DNA from: Candidatus Woesearchaeota archaeon
GTDB lineage: Archaea > Nanobdellota > Nanobdellia > Woesearchaeales > 21-14-0-10-32-9
Length of the DNA stretch: 32,135 nucleotides
Assembly: GCA_003560545.1 (NCBI GenBank)
Contig: PWLK01000081.1
Span: forward strand, 1-32,135
Direction: 5' to 3'
The translations under genes and the position numbers were made by a program. This document shows, piece after piece, positions 23,791 to 32,135 of this stretch (position 1 is its first letter; the number at the start of each line of letters is the position of its first letter). A model generated the notes under the pieces. It was given only the letters and a program-made list of their open reading frames with translations. It was not told where the DNA came from and made no database searches.

Positions 23791-26391
23791 TTAATCGTTG
23801 AAAGAGTCAATTATACCCTTAATATTAATCTTTCCTGCTTCTGTCTTTGAAACATCCAAGCCATCCTCACCGTAAGTGAACTGAACGATTTTCTTGGAGG
23901 CATCCCTGACCGTGAAATCATATTCAAGCTTTAAATCCTGCATTGCGTTTGCAAGCCGCCTGTAAAGATAGCCGGACTTAGGAGTCCTAAGAGCTGTATC
24001 CATCAAGCTATCCCTTCCGGTCATCGCCATGAAGAACATCTCGTAAGGCTTTAATCCTTTCTTAAACCCGTTCTTGATAAAGCCTCTTGGAACCGCCCCT
24101 AAATCATCCTTTTTAAAACATGATAAAGACCTGCCCTTGTAACCCTTACCAATCCTTCCTCCTCGAAGTGCTTGCTGTCCTACACATGCAGACATCTGGG
24201 CAATGTTAATCGTGTTACCCTTAGCCCCTGACCGAACCATGATCATCGTGTTGCTGTCCTGCGGGGCTGTTAGTTCCACTATTTTACCGGACTCATTCCT
24301 AGCCCTGTTAAGCCTTTCAAGAATTCTTAACTCAAGAGTTTCCTCAATACTCCTCCCCGGAAGCCTTTCCAAGGTACCCTCATTATAGTCTTTTATAATC
24401 TTCTTAACATCCTCATCTGCTTTTTCAAGAGCTTCCCTAACCTGGCCCTCAGCGTCCTTGCTCAAGTCTATATCTGAAAGCTTAGACGTAAAACCGAACT
24501 TAAGAAGAGCTTCTGCTCCCAAACCATTAATCTTCCTCAAAAATATTATTATCTCATCCGCTCCGTACTTCTTATGAAGGTTTCTCAGCAACAACCCTGA
24601 GCCTTCCCCGAGGTTCGCGGAATCCATAACGCCTGATACGAGTTTCCCGTTAACAATCTTTACAACAGCATCAGGATCCTCAGGGTCCTTGTTGTAAATC
24701 CTTGACCTGCCCGTGAAGTTAAAGTCATCAGGTAGAATCACAGAGAAAACCTCTTTCCCGGAGACATACTTCTTATTCGGAAGCTTCCTGAAATCCTCTA
24801 TACCTGCAGAAGACAATAAGTCAATGGCTTCATCCCTCTTAAGCTTAAAGCCTTCTTTTGTAAGAATAAAATTCCCGGAAATACTATCCTGAATACAAGC
24901 AATAATGCTTAAGCCATACCTAGGACTTATAATCTGGGTTTGAACCTGCATCAATATCTCTGCTTCAGCCCTTGCCTCCTCGGTCTGAGGGATGTGAAGG
25001 TTCATCTCGTCCCCGTCAAAGTCCGCGTTATAAGGAGCGCAAACCGCGGGGTTAAGCCTAAGAGTCATGCCGGGAAGGACTTTCACGCGGTGACACATCA
25101 TGCTCATCCTGTGAAGGCTTGGCTGCCTGTTAAACAAAGCTATATCTCCATCCATTAAATGCCTTTCAACTATGAAGCCAGGCTGGATTTCTTCAAGCAA
25201 CTGCTCCTTGGTTTCATTAGTAATCCTCTTCCTCTTACCATCAGGCCTAATAATATAATTAGAACCAGGGTACTGGTCGGCGCCTCTTTCAAGGAATCCT
25301 TTCAGGTACTCCATGTTCCACTCCGTAACCCTTTCAGGAACGGTAAGCTTCTTCGCAATCACTTCAGGAACGCCTACCTCGTTAATATCAATCTTGGGAT
25401 CAGGGCTTATAACAGTCCTAGCAGAAAAATTAGTTCTCTTACCCGCAAGGTTACCTCTAATCCTTCCTTCTTTGTTCTTAATCCTCGCAGTCAAGGTATT
25501 CAAAGGCTGCCCACTCCTATGCCTCGCAGGAGGGAGTTGGGCGACGTCGTTATCAAAGAAAGTCGTAACGTGATACTGCAATAAATCCCAGAGGTCTTCA
25601 ATGATAATTTCAGGGGCGCCAGCGTTAATGTTCTCGAAAAGCCTTTGGTTAATCCTGACAATGTCACCGAGCTTATGGGTTAAATCATCCTCGCTTCTCT
25701 CACCGCTCTCCAAAGTAATACTAGGCCTCATCGTAACAGGCGGAATCGGGAGGACTGTTAATACCATCCACTCAGGCCTGGCATTCTTAGGGTTCAAACC
25801 AAAGACAACCAAGTCGTCATCAGGAATCCTTTCAAGCCTAGCCCTAACCTCTATTGGTGAAAGCCTTTTCTCATCTTCAATGAAAGAAGTTGGCTTGTCC
25901 AAAGTTATCTTATGCTGCTTTTCCTTGCAGTAAGGGCACTTATTAATAGTTCTCAGATTGGCAATGATAAGCTTTATCTTATCCCTTCTCTCACTCAGCC
26001 CTTGCTCTAACCCTACTTTTTCAAGCAAGTCACTGTACTCATCGATCTTGTTCTGCGGGATGAGAATCCTGCCACAACTCCTGCAAGTACTCCTAACCAA
26101 GTCCAACACCACGTCCACGAAACTTATATGGATAACAGGCCTTGCAAGTTCCATGTATCCGAAGTGGCCGAGGCTGTCCCTAAGTTTCTGGCCATCAGTC
26201 TTGCACCTAAGGCCTGGGTCTATAACGCCTAGGCGGACATCCATTAACCCTCCGTCAACAGGGTATCCTTCCTTGTCGTAAAGCTCAGGGGTAACAATCT
26301 TAGCCTTAGCAATGCTCTTTAACAGCTTAGGAGACATTACCCCGAAGTCTATAGCTTCTATGAATTTGTATATTGCTCTTTGATTATCCAT
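23791..26391 (-). CDS. rpoA1: DNA-directed RNA polymerase subunit A' (Rpo1N)
   Basis: Zinc motifs [15 protein letters not shown], catalytic [16 protein letters not shown] 26391 with an AGGTGG Shine-Dalgarno. Confidence 0.95.
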   Translation of the reverse strand: MDNQRAIYKFIEAIDFGVMSPKLLKSIAKAKIVTPELYDKEGYPVDGGLMDVRLGVIDPGLRCKTDGQKLRDSLGHFGYMELARPVIHISFVDVVLDLVRSTCRSCGRILIPQNKIDEYSDLLEKVGLEQGLSERRDKIKLIIANLRTINKCPYCKEKQHKITLDKPTSFIEDEKRLSPIEVRARLERIPDDDLVVFGLNPKNARPEWMVLTVLPIPPVTMRPSITLESGERSEDDLTHKLGDIVRINQRLFENINAGAPEIIIEDLWDLLQYHVTTFFDNDVAQLPPARHRSGQPLNTLTARIKNKEGRIRGNLAGKRTNFSARTVISPDPKIDINEVGVPEVIAKKLTVPERVTEWNMEYLKGFLERGADQYPGSNYIIRPDGKRKRITNETKEQLLEEIQPGFIVERHLMDGDIALFNRQPSLHRMSMMCHRVKVLPGMTLRLNPAVCAPYNADFDGDEMNLHIPQTEEARAEAEILMQVQTQIISPRYGLSIIACIQDSISGNFILTKEGFKLKRDEAIDLLSSAGIEDFRKLPNKKYVSGKEVFSVILPDDFNFTGRSRIYNKDPEDPDAVVKIVNGKLVSGVMDSANLGEGSGLLLRNLHKKYGADEIIIFLRKINGLGAEALLKFGFTSKLSDIDLSKDAEGQVREALEKADEDVKKIIKDYNEGTLERLPGRSIEETLELRILERLNRARNESGKIVELTAPQDSNTMIMVRSGAKGNTINIAQMSACVGQQALRGGRIGKGYKGRSLSCFKKDDLGAVPRGFIKNGFKKGLKPYEMFFMAMTGRDSLMDTALRTPKSGYLYRRLANAMQDLKLEYDFTVRDASKKIVQFTYGEDGLDVSKTEAGKINIKGIIDSFND

Positions 26392-26403
26392 AACGACCAC
26401 CTT

Positions 26404-28209
26404 TTAAAACTTGCTTTTGAGCTTAATCTTAGGATAAATGCCCAGGGATTTGAACTCATCAAGCAACAATTTGAATGCATAACTAACTTCTATGTCACTC
26501 ATCTCGGAGTCCTCCCCGTAAACAGGGGACATTGGCTTGTTGTTCTTCCTCGCATCATAATACCCTACTAATCCTGATTTCTCGCATACAGGGACAACGA
26601 CTTGGTCGGAGTCAAACCTTTCCTTCAGTGTAAGTGATGCCCCGTGGGCTACAAAGGTATCCTTCTCCATTTCTCCAAGCCTTAAACCGCCTTCCTTAGC
26701 CCTACCCTCAGTGGGCTGCCTTGTTAATAGCTGTATAGGACCTCTGGCCCTGCTATGCAATTTGTTAGCAACCATGTGTTTCAATTTCAAGTAGTACATG
26801 TTGCCTACAAAAATCCTGACATCGTATTTCTCGCCTGTAATACCATTATACATTGTTTCAGAGCCATCATCCCTGAAACCCATTTCTAATAAGTCCTTCC
26901 TAATATCTGATTCTTCCTCGGATTCGAACATGGTAGCATCAATATATCTTCCTGTAAGGCTCCCGGTTTTCCCTGCTAATAACTCCATCATATGGGAAAC
27001 AGTCATCCTAGTAGGAATACCATGAGGGTTGAACAATATGTCTGGCTTCAAACCTGTCGAGGTAAACGGGACATCTTCTTCTGGGACGACGAGGCTTATA
27101 ACTCCTTTCTGACCGTGCCTGGAAGTGAACTTATCACCTATCTCAGGAATCCTTTGCTCTCTAAGCCTTACCTGTACGAGCTTGTTTCCCTCTTCGTTTT
27201 CAGTTAAGGTAACAAAATCAACGATTCCTTTCTCGCCGTGTTTCAAAGCCATGCTGGACTCCCTTCTTGAGTCAGAAGCCAAGCTGTACTCATCCATGCT
27301 GCTCAAAAACCTTGGCGGGCTTACCTTGCCAATCACAACATCTCCTTCTTTTACACCTGCTTCAGGGTATATAATACCGTCTTCTTCAAGGAACCTGTAC
27401 TCATGCTCAGACCTATAACCCCTGACTTCCTTGTCAGGCATTGTAACTTCATCCATCAACCCACCTGAATACCTTAACTCTTCTGAAACAACAGGCCTGA
27501 AATAAGTAGACCTGCCAAGGCCTCGGTCAACACTGCCTTTGTTTATAATTATAGCGTCGTCCATGTTATAACCCTTGTAAGTCAGGACTGCAACAATCAC
27601 GTTTTGTCCAGAAGGGTGCTTGTCATAATCAGACACGGAATGAGCAACACTTTGCACGATAGGATAATGAGGGTAATGCAGTACGCTAACATCCATATCC
27701 ATCCTTACAAGGAAGTTAGCAGCGTAAAACCCAACGGCTTGCTTCTGGTTCTTCGCACCCTGATTCAAGCGTACACCTTGGTTGTAATTCCCGAAAGGAA
27801 CCATCGTGGTAATAAGCCCTAATAAGTCAAGGCTGCTTATCTCCATGTGCGTGTGATCAGAAGTTACATCTTCCTCGGTAAAAGCAACTAAGGCATTCTC
27901 TTCTTCTGTAGCATCAAGGTACTCTATTACGCCTTGCTTTAACAAGTCAGACCAGGAAATCTCTTTCTTTTCAAGCTGCTGGATGTGTTTCTCTGTAAGC
28001 AAAGGCTTTCCTTCCTTGACCACTATTAAAGGCCTTGTAGATCTTCCCCTGCTTGTTTCAATCAAAACTTTTTCTTCTTCCTGTGAATAAGCGATGTTAA
28101 CAGAATCTGAAACTCTGCCCATCCTTCTTTCTGATACTACTTGATCCACGAAATCTTTTGCGTTCTTAACAGTTCCAATGTACTTGTTATCCATGAATAC
28201 GTCAGTCAT
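26404..28209 (-). CDS. rpoB1: DNA-directed RNA polymerase subunit B' (Rpo2C, C-terminal half of B)
   Basis: GDKFTSRHGQKGV, HGIPTRMTV, YYLKLKHMV..K.H.RARGP...LTRQP.EGR...GG.R.GEME. ATGA overlap with the B'' stop. Confidence 0.95.
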   Translation of the reverse strand: MTDVFMDNKYIGTVKNAKDFVDQVVSERRMGRVSDSVNIAYSQEEEKVLIETSRGRSTRPLIVVKEGKPLLTEKHIQQLEKKEISWSDLLKQGVIEYLDATEEENALVAFTEEDVTSDHTHMEISSLDLLGLITTMVPFGNYNQGVRLNQGAKNQKQAVGFYAANFLVRMDMDVSVLHYPHYPIVQSVAHSVSDYDKHPSGQNVIVAVLTYKGYNMDDAIIINKGSVDRGLGRSTYFRPVVSEELRYSGGLMDEVTMPDKEVRGYRSEHEYRFLEEDGIIYPEAGVKEGDVVIGKVSPPRFLSSMDEYSLASDSRRESSMALKHGEKGIVDFVTLTENEEGNKLVQVRLREQRIPEIGDKFTSRHGQKGVISLVVPEEDVPFTSTGLKPDILFNPHGIPTRMTVSHMMELLAGKTGSLTGRYIDATMFESEEESDIRKDLLEMGFRDDGSETMYNGITGEKYDVRIFVGNMYYLKLKHMVANKLHSRARGPIQLLTRQPTEGRAKEGGLRLGEMEKDTFVAHGASLTLKERFDSDQVVVPVCEKSGLVGYYDARKNNKPMSPVYGEDSEMSDIEVSYAFKLLLDEFKSLGIYPKIKLKSKF

Positions 28210-29720
28210 TTTGCCATCACCGGTTCAAAACCAAAACCTTTCAGTTTTCCGATTAATTCTTCTTCATCAACACCTCTTGTTACTTTTGCAAGCAACGCAA
28301 GGTTCTTCCTTAATCCTATATTAGTACCTTCAGGGGTTTCGCTCATGCACAAGCGACCCATATGCGTAGGGTGCAACGCCCTGGCTTCAAAGTTTTCCTG
28401 GCTTGCACTCAACGGGCTTATAACCCTTTGAAGCGCTGAAAGCATCTGAATGTAGTTAAGCCTTTCAATCCTCTGGCTTATACCTTTCCTGTTCCCACTC
28501 CAATTCCCCGTAGCCATGCTGCTGTAAATCCTCTGTGTTAAGAGCTTCTCCCTGATAATAACTTTGATGCTTGGGAACTTCCCTCTCTTCACAATTCTCT
28601 GGAAGTTATACAGCAAGTCCCCTATTAGTACCTTGATGTTAACCCTGAACAAGTCAGCCAACAAGTCCCCAGCCATTTTAAGCCTCTTGTTTGAATAATG
28701 ATCTTTATCTGCCACCGGAAGCTCTTTATTGGAAACCTTAATGTAGTCTTTCAGGTACTTGCAAAGATTAAGGGCTTTAGCGTGCCTTGCCTCGCTTGTA
28801 ATACCAATGTGAGGGAGCAAGTACTTGTCAAGTATTTCCTTAAGCCTTTCAATGCGTATCTCCTTTGACTGAGTTATTCCTATCTTCTTCGCAATATAAT
28901 CCAGAGCATCTTCCTCTGTCTTAATATCAACGAACTCGTAGAGATTGATAAATATTTCAGAGCTGTTAGGAAGGTCAACAATCCTCATAATATCCTCATC
29001 CTTAGTAACCCCTAATGCTTTTATGATAACAACCAAAGGAATCCTTTTAACCCTTGTAAAAGTCAGGTAGAAAATCTCATCCCTTAATTTCTCCATTTGG
29101 TGAGGGATCTTATAAGAACCTTGCTCTGAGAAAATCTTTCCGAGGTAATCACTGATACCCGTAGCCTGTGCCTCAACCAAGAACTTGTTTGGAGCCAGGT
29201 CTTCAACGGAGACAACCACTTTCTCGGTGCCATTAATAATAAAATACCCTCCTGGATCATCCGGGTCCTCCCCTGCCTTGATAAGATCCTCCCTACCCAT
29301 CTTGCTCAAATGGCAATACTTGCTCTTAAGCATGATAGGGATGCTGCCAATCTGGGTTGTAAAAGTTTCTTTTTGCATGCCATTCACATGTGCTGAAACT
29401 TCGAGGTACATAGGAGCAGAATAAGAAAGCTTTCTAAGCCTTGCCTCAGAGGGAAGCAAGTCCCTTTTAGAACCGTCAGCTTCGATAATTTCAGGCTTGG
29501 ACACACTGATCTTATCCAGGCGAATCTTGAACTCTTCAACATTCGTAGGAATAATAGTGGGTTCTATCTCTTTGTTTTCGTTTATAATTTTCTGCAATTC
29601 TTCTTCTACGAACTTGTTGAACGCATCAATATCTGACTGCACCAACGAATTCTCTTCAAAGTATTTCTTCAGCAAAAGCTTTGAAGTAGTCATATTAAGG
29701 TTTATAGGCTGATTACTCAT
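28206..29720 (-). CDS. rpoB2: DNA-directed RNA polymerase subunit B'' (Rpo2N, N-terminal half of B)
   Basis: QSDIDAFNKFV, PSEARLRKLSYSAPMYL, GGYFIINGTEKVVV, SQRIERLNY..LS.L.RV. ATG 29720 overlaps the rpoH end by 8 nt. Confidence 0.95.
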   Translation of the reverse strand: MSNQPINLNMTTSKLLLKKYFEENSLVQSDIDAFNKFVEEELQKIINENKEIEPTIIPTNVEEFKIRLDKISVSKPEIIEADGSKRDLLPSEARLRKLSYSAPMYLEVSAHVNGMQKETFTTQIGSIPIMLKSKYCHLSKMGREDLIKAGEDPDDPGGYFIINGTEKVVVSVEDLAPNKFLVEAQATGISDYLGKIFSEQGSYKIPHQMEKLRDEIFYLTFTRVKRIPLVVIIKALGVTKDEDIMRIVDLPNSSEIFINLYEFVDIKTEEDALDYIAKKIGITQSKEIRIERLKEILDKYLLPHIGITSEARHAKALNLCKYLKDYIKVSNKELPVADKDHYSNKRLKMAGDLLADLFRVNIKVLIGDLLYNFQRIVKRGKFPSIKVIIREKLLTQRIYSSMATGNWSGNRKGISQRIERLNYIQMLSALQRVISPLSASQENFEARALHPTHMGRLCMSETPEGTNIGLRKNLALLAKVTRGVDEEELIGKLKGFGFEPVMAK

Positions 29721-30042
29721 TAATAACACCCCTGTAAAACACAGATTCACCCGCGGTAGGGCTCTTTCTTTTTATCATAATAATATCATTCTCCCTAGCA
29801 TCCAAATGCCTTATAGCGGGATCAGATATGAAAATCTTAGGAAGCTCCTTAGGAGTCACGCTGTACCTCTTATACAACTCCTCCTTTTCCTTATCTGAAA
29901 GCTTTATATGCTCTGGTACGAGATCGTGCTCGACTTTAGAAGTATCCTTTACACGTGCTTTCTTCTTCTTTGCAGCTTTCTTGACAGCTTTTTTAGAAGC
30001 GACAGATTTTTTCTTTCCCTGGGTTTCTTTTTTCTTAGCCAT
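29713..30042 (-). CDS. rpoH: DNA-directed RNA polymerase subunit H (Rpo5) with a Lys-rich N-terminal extension
   Basis: HDLVPEHIKLSDKEKEELYKRY...LPKIFISDPAIRHL...GDIIMIKRKSPTAGES.FYR-like core. ATG 30042 with GGAGGGG upstream. Confidence 0.9.
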   Translation of the reverse strand: MAKKKETQGKKKSVASKKAVKKAAKKKKARVKDTSKVEHDLVPEHIKLSDKEKEELYKRYSVTPKELPKIFISDPAIRHLDARENDIIMIKRKSPTAGESVFYRGVINE

Positions 30043-30076
30043 TAAATACCCCTCCATTGGAAGTAAATTATCGTGA

Positions 30077-30150
30077 TGGGTCGGACGAGATTTGAACTCG
30101 CGACCACCTGGTTAAAAGCCAGATGCTCTACCGGACTGAGCTACCGACCC
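30077..30150 (-). tRNA. tRNA-Lys (anticodon UUU)
   Basis: Hand-folded cloverleaf: GGGTCGG/CCGACCC acceptor, GCTC/GAGC D stem, TCTGG-CT TTT AA-CCAGG, GCGAG-TTCAAAT-CTCGT. 74 nt, no encoded CCA. Confidence 0.9.
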
Positions 30151-30193
30151 AAGTTCTTGTGGAAGCCGTCCAGGCCGGCAAAACAGGTTGATA

Positions 30194-30268
30194 CGCCCTG
30201 GCCGGGATTTGAACCCGGGTCGAAGCCTCGACAGGGCTTCATGATAGGCCAGACTACACTACCAAGGC
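30194..30268 (-). tRNA. tRNA-Asp (anticodon GUC)
   Basis: GCCTTGG/CCAGGGC acceptor, AAGCC-CT GTC GA-GGCTT, CCGGG-TTCAAAT-CCCGG, discriminator G. 75 nt. Confidence 0.9.
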
Positions 30269-30459
30269 ATCACAAATGGAAATATGACTGGTTTTTCCTG
30301 GTCGAACTCTGAAGAAAAACTTTTGCATTCCCATTTTACTGTTATAACCCAAAGTGCACGGCACTGAACCTTCCACGAAGTTTTGGTGAAACTCAGTTGA
30401 TTTATAAACCTTGCGGTAACGATTTCCTCCATGAAATAAAAAGAATCCCTCGGGGGAGA

Positions 30460-30492
30460 CTTTCAGCCAACACCACTTGCATGGAACCTGGA
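30460..30492 (-). other. tRNA-Tyr intron 2 (33 nt, non-canonical position 59/60 in the T-loop)
   Basis: The bulge-helix-bulge motif is visible by eye: T-stem GGGAG:CTCCC, 3-nt bulge AG|T, 4-bp TTCA:TGAA, 3-nt bulge AA|T, then CCAG:TTGG. Confidence 0.7.
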
Positions 30493-30514
30493 TTTGAACT
30501 CCCAACCTCTCGGT

Positions 30515-30565
30515 CTCAGCTGACCTTGTTTCATTCATACCCTGAAGGGCTAGTCGCAAGGATTT
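30515..30565 (-). other. tRNA-Tyr intron 1 (51 nt, canonical position 37/38)
   Basis: It interrupts CTGTAG|A. Both junctions read AG|A. Intron +5..+9 CCTTG pairs with -14..-10 CAAGG. The central 4-bp helix has one T:T mismatch, so this is a relaxed bulge-helix-bulge motif. Confidence 0.7.
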
Positions 30566-30630
30566 CTACAGCCGAGCGCTCTACCGTTGAGCTACCGAGG
30601 GAAACCTATTCAGAACAGGATAAATAATTG

Positions 30631-30640
30631 TTTTATAAAA
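30631..30640 (-). promoter_or_regulatory. TATA-like box for tRNA-Tyr
   Basis: The minus strand reads CTTTTATAAAAC, about 34 nt upstream of the tRNA 5' end. It is preceded by a T9 run that terminates the upstream gene. Confidence 0.45.
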
Positions 30641-30664
30641 GTTTCCATAGAAAAAAAAAGAGTT

Positions 30665-32119
30665 TTATTCGTTTACGAATAACGGCTTAGCAGAGAACAC
30701 CATGCGCTCTTTTCCGTTCTTATTTTCAAATTTAGCTCTTGCTTTGGGAAGGGTAAGGTTTCCTATAATCTTAAGCTTTGCTTTCGCCCTATAAGTAAGA
30801 ATCCTTTCTTCTAAAGAGTCAAGCGAGTCAAGGTTCCAGTACAAGAGAGTTCCTTTCCTAGTGGTTTTTGTAACCTTCGTAGGCTTCAAAGATCCAAGGT
30901 GGTGGGAGTCTGAAATATCAATAATGCCGGGAAGCTTATCGTTAACAGACAACCCATGGATTTGCTTGCCAGACCTGTTCTTTACAAAAATCTTTATTTT
31001 CAACTCTGAAACGCCGTGCTCGTCCTTGCCAAGGACGCTTGCTTCTTTCATTATAACAATAGGGCTCCTGAACAAGTAATACGCTACTACAAGTATTATG
31101 ACCAAAGCTATGATTATTACCAGGACCCTATAATTAGTCTTAACAAGTATGTCAAATTCTTCTGCGGGCTCAAGGGAAGGAGCCCATTGGTAATGCGCTC
31201 TTCCATCAATTCTTACAACTTCCGCTTCAGGAGTTGTACTGGTAAAAATCCTTTTATACCAAGGCGCAGGAATATCTATCTCTGTAATCCTTTCGAAGTT
31301 TCCTTTGTTTGTTACAGTTATTTCATCTTTTGTAAGGAACCAATTGGTCTTGGACTCGTAATCGGTGTCGGTATCGACAATCCTGTCAATTGTCAGGCGG
31401 GGGAAGTTCTCTGTTATAACTCGTTCGGTTATAGGATAATAAGCATTCACCCTGATAGTGTATTCACCTGGTGCCTGGTGAGGATTAAGATCGAACTGCA
31501 TGTACACAGTTTTTTCCTGTGTAGGCCCCAGGGAGACTTCCATTTGCTGTTCTTCGAATAGCTGGCTTGAAGCTGTAATGTAGAGTTCTGAGATGTTAAG
31601 CTGGTTCCTGTTCCTTAACTGTACTGGTAAGCTTAAAGGCTCTCGCGGGTCGTGAGCTTCGGGCAGGCTTACATCCATTGCCACACTAGGCACGAATCCG
31701 GCTGGAGCGCCATCAGCTGTTATACTGATGGGGACTCTTATTGTTTCCATTGAGCCATCCTGCCTGCTCTGAATCCTTATGTTCACAGAGTAAGAACCAA
31801 AGGAAACCCCTGACCTAGGGATTATTGTAAGAATAAAGCTTTCTTCTGAGTTCGCAGGAATTGTAACCCTTGTTGGAGTGGTGGTTATAATCCAGTTAAT
31901 GGAATCAGGCGTTGAAAGGCGTATATCCATGGACTGGTCGTAATCCTCGAAGTTCTCAATTGTTACTTCGTACTCCGTGAACCCTCCAGGCATTGTCCTG
32001 GATGTTATGGTTTCTACGCTGGCAGAGAAAGAAGCTGCTGCGCTGCCAACAAACAATAACACTGCTAGTGATGATATGACGAACAAAGAAAGCAGTTTAG
32101 CCTTGTTTTTTCCTGTCAT
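30665..32119 (-). CDS. Secreted/membrane surface protein with repeated beta-sandwich (CARDB/NEW3/DUF11-like) domains, a central TM helix and a further C-terminal beta domain
   Basis: Signal peptide MTGKNKAKLLSLFVISSLAVLLFVGSAAA. Domain signatures ..YEVTIENFED..W.ITT..V.IPANSEE.F.LTI.P..G..FGSYSV.I and ..PGEYTIRVNAYY. TM VLVIIIALVIILVVAYYLF at about residue 335. Confidence 0.6.
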   Translation of the reverse strand: MTGKNKAKLLSLFVISSLAVLLFVGSAAASFSASVETITSRTMPGGFTEYEVTIENFEDYDQSMDIRLSTPDSINWIITTTPTRVTIPANSEESFILTIIPRSGVSFGSYSVNIRIQSRQDGSMETIRVPISITADGAPAGFVPSVAMDVSLPEAHDPREPLSLPVQLRNRNQLNISELYITASSQLFEEQQMEVSLGPTQEKTVYMQFDLNPHQAPGEYTIRVNAYYPITERVITENFPRLTIDRIVDTDTDYESKTNWFLTKDEITVTNKGNFERITEIDIPAPWYKRIFTSTTPEAEVVRIDGRAHYQWAPSLEPAEEFDILVKTNYRVLVIIIALVIILVVAYYLFRSPIVIMKEASVLGKDEHGVSELKIKIFVKNRSGKQIHGLSVNDKLPGIIDISDSHHLGSLKPTKVTKTTRKGTLLYWNLDSLDSLEERILTYRAKAKLKIIGNLTLPKARAKFENKNGKERMVFSAKPLFVNE

Positions 32120-32135
32120 TAATGTTACCCTCCAA

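Larger units (their letters stand above)
30446..30601 (-). tRNA. tRNA-Tyr (anticodon GUA) precursor with two introns (canonical 37/38 and T-loop 59/60)
   Basis: Joining the exons gives CCCTCGG TA GCTC AACGGTA GAGC G CTCGG CTGTAGA CCGAG AGGTT GGGAG TTCAAAT CTCCC CCGAGGG A. The cloverleaf is perfect, with C1:G72 and A73, the archaeal Tyr identity set. Confidence 0.8.

Noticed and set aside
26404-29720. Split rpoB read as a possible frameshift or pseudogene
   Set aside because: The B''/B' junction is a clean ATGA stop/start overlap. Both halves are full length with all conserved blocks, and split B is a native state in many archaea.
22614-29720. Possible inteins or insertions in the RNAP large subunits
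   Set aside because: The subunit lengths (382, 866, 601 and 504 aa) are normal, and conserved motifs are contiguous with no Cys/Ser...HN intein-like blocks.
30073-30627. Track ORFs 30073..30312 (+), 30254..30559 (-) and 30397..30627 (+)
   Set aside because: They overlap three well-folded tRNA genes and their introns and spacers. There is no coding evidence.
30046-30664. tRNA cluster as an integration site for a mobile element carrying the adjacent surface-protein gene
   Set aside because: No integrase, recombinase or duplicated tRNA 3'-end (att) repeat was seen by eye in the window.
1-32135. CRISPR arrays, long tandem repeats, IS elements
   Set aside because: I did not see regularly spaced repeats of 25-40 nt, inverted terminal repeats or transposase-like ORFs. 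The only repeat noted is the short 11-nt pair at 19229-19260.

Overview
This window is from an archaeal chromosome. That follows from RNA polymerase split into H, B'', B', A' and A'', eukaryote-type ribosomal proteins, Spt5, Sec61-gamma and TATA-box promoters. The small genes, broken operons and bacterial-type accessory genes suggest a DPANN-like lineage, but that is an inference. About two thirds of the window is core information-processing genes. These are rpoH-rpoB''-rpoB'-rpoA'-rpoA''-L30e-nusA-S12 (21.4-30.0 kb), ftsZ-secE-spt5-L11-L21e-rpoF-DUF655 (13.5-18.0 kb) and S19e-L39e-L31e/L15e (11.1-13.3 kb). A tRNA cluster (Tyr, Asp, Lys) sits upstream of rpoH. The most interesting accessory region is 4.2-8.9 kb. 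There, four genes with class-III (type IV pilin-like) signal peptides flank a ChlI/BchI-type AAA+ ATPase and a ChlD-like von Willebrand A protein, with no chelatase large subunit in the window. This looks like an undescribed surface-filament or remodelling module. Other notable items:
- a tRNA-Tyr with two introns, one at the non-canonical 59/60 position
- a bacterial-type Lgt
- an HPF/RaiA-like protein among ribosomal protein genes
- an 834-aa membrane-anchored lipase-fold protein
- an AT-rich pair of orphan genes
- charged extensions on L11, RpoH, Spt5 and L31e

No CRISPR array, transposase or integrase was seen.
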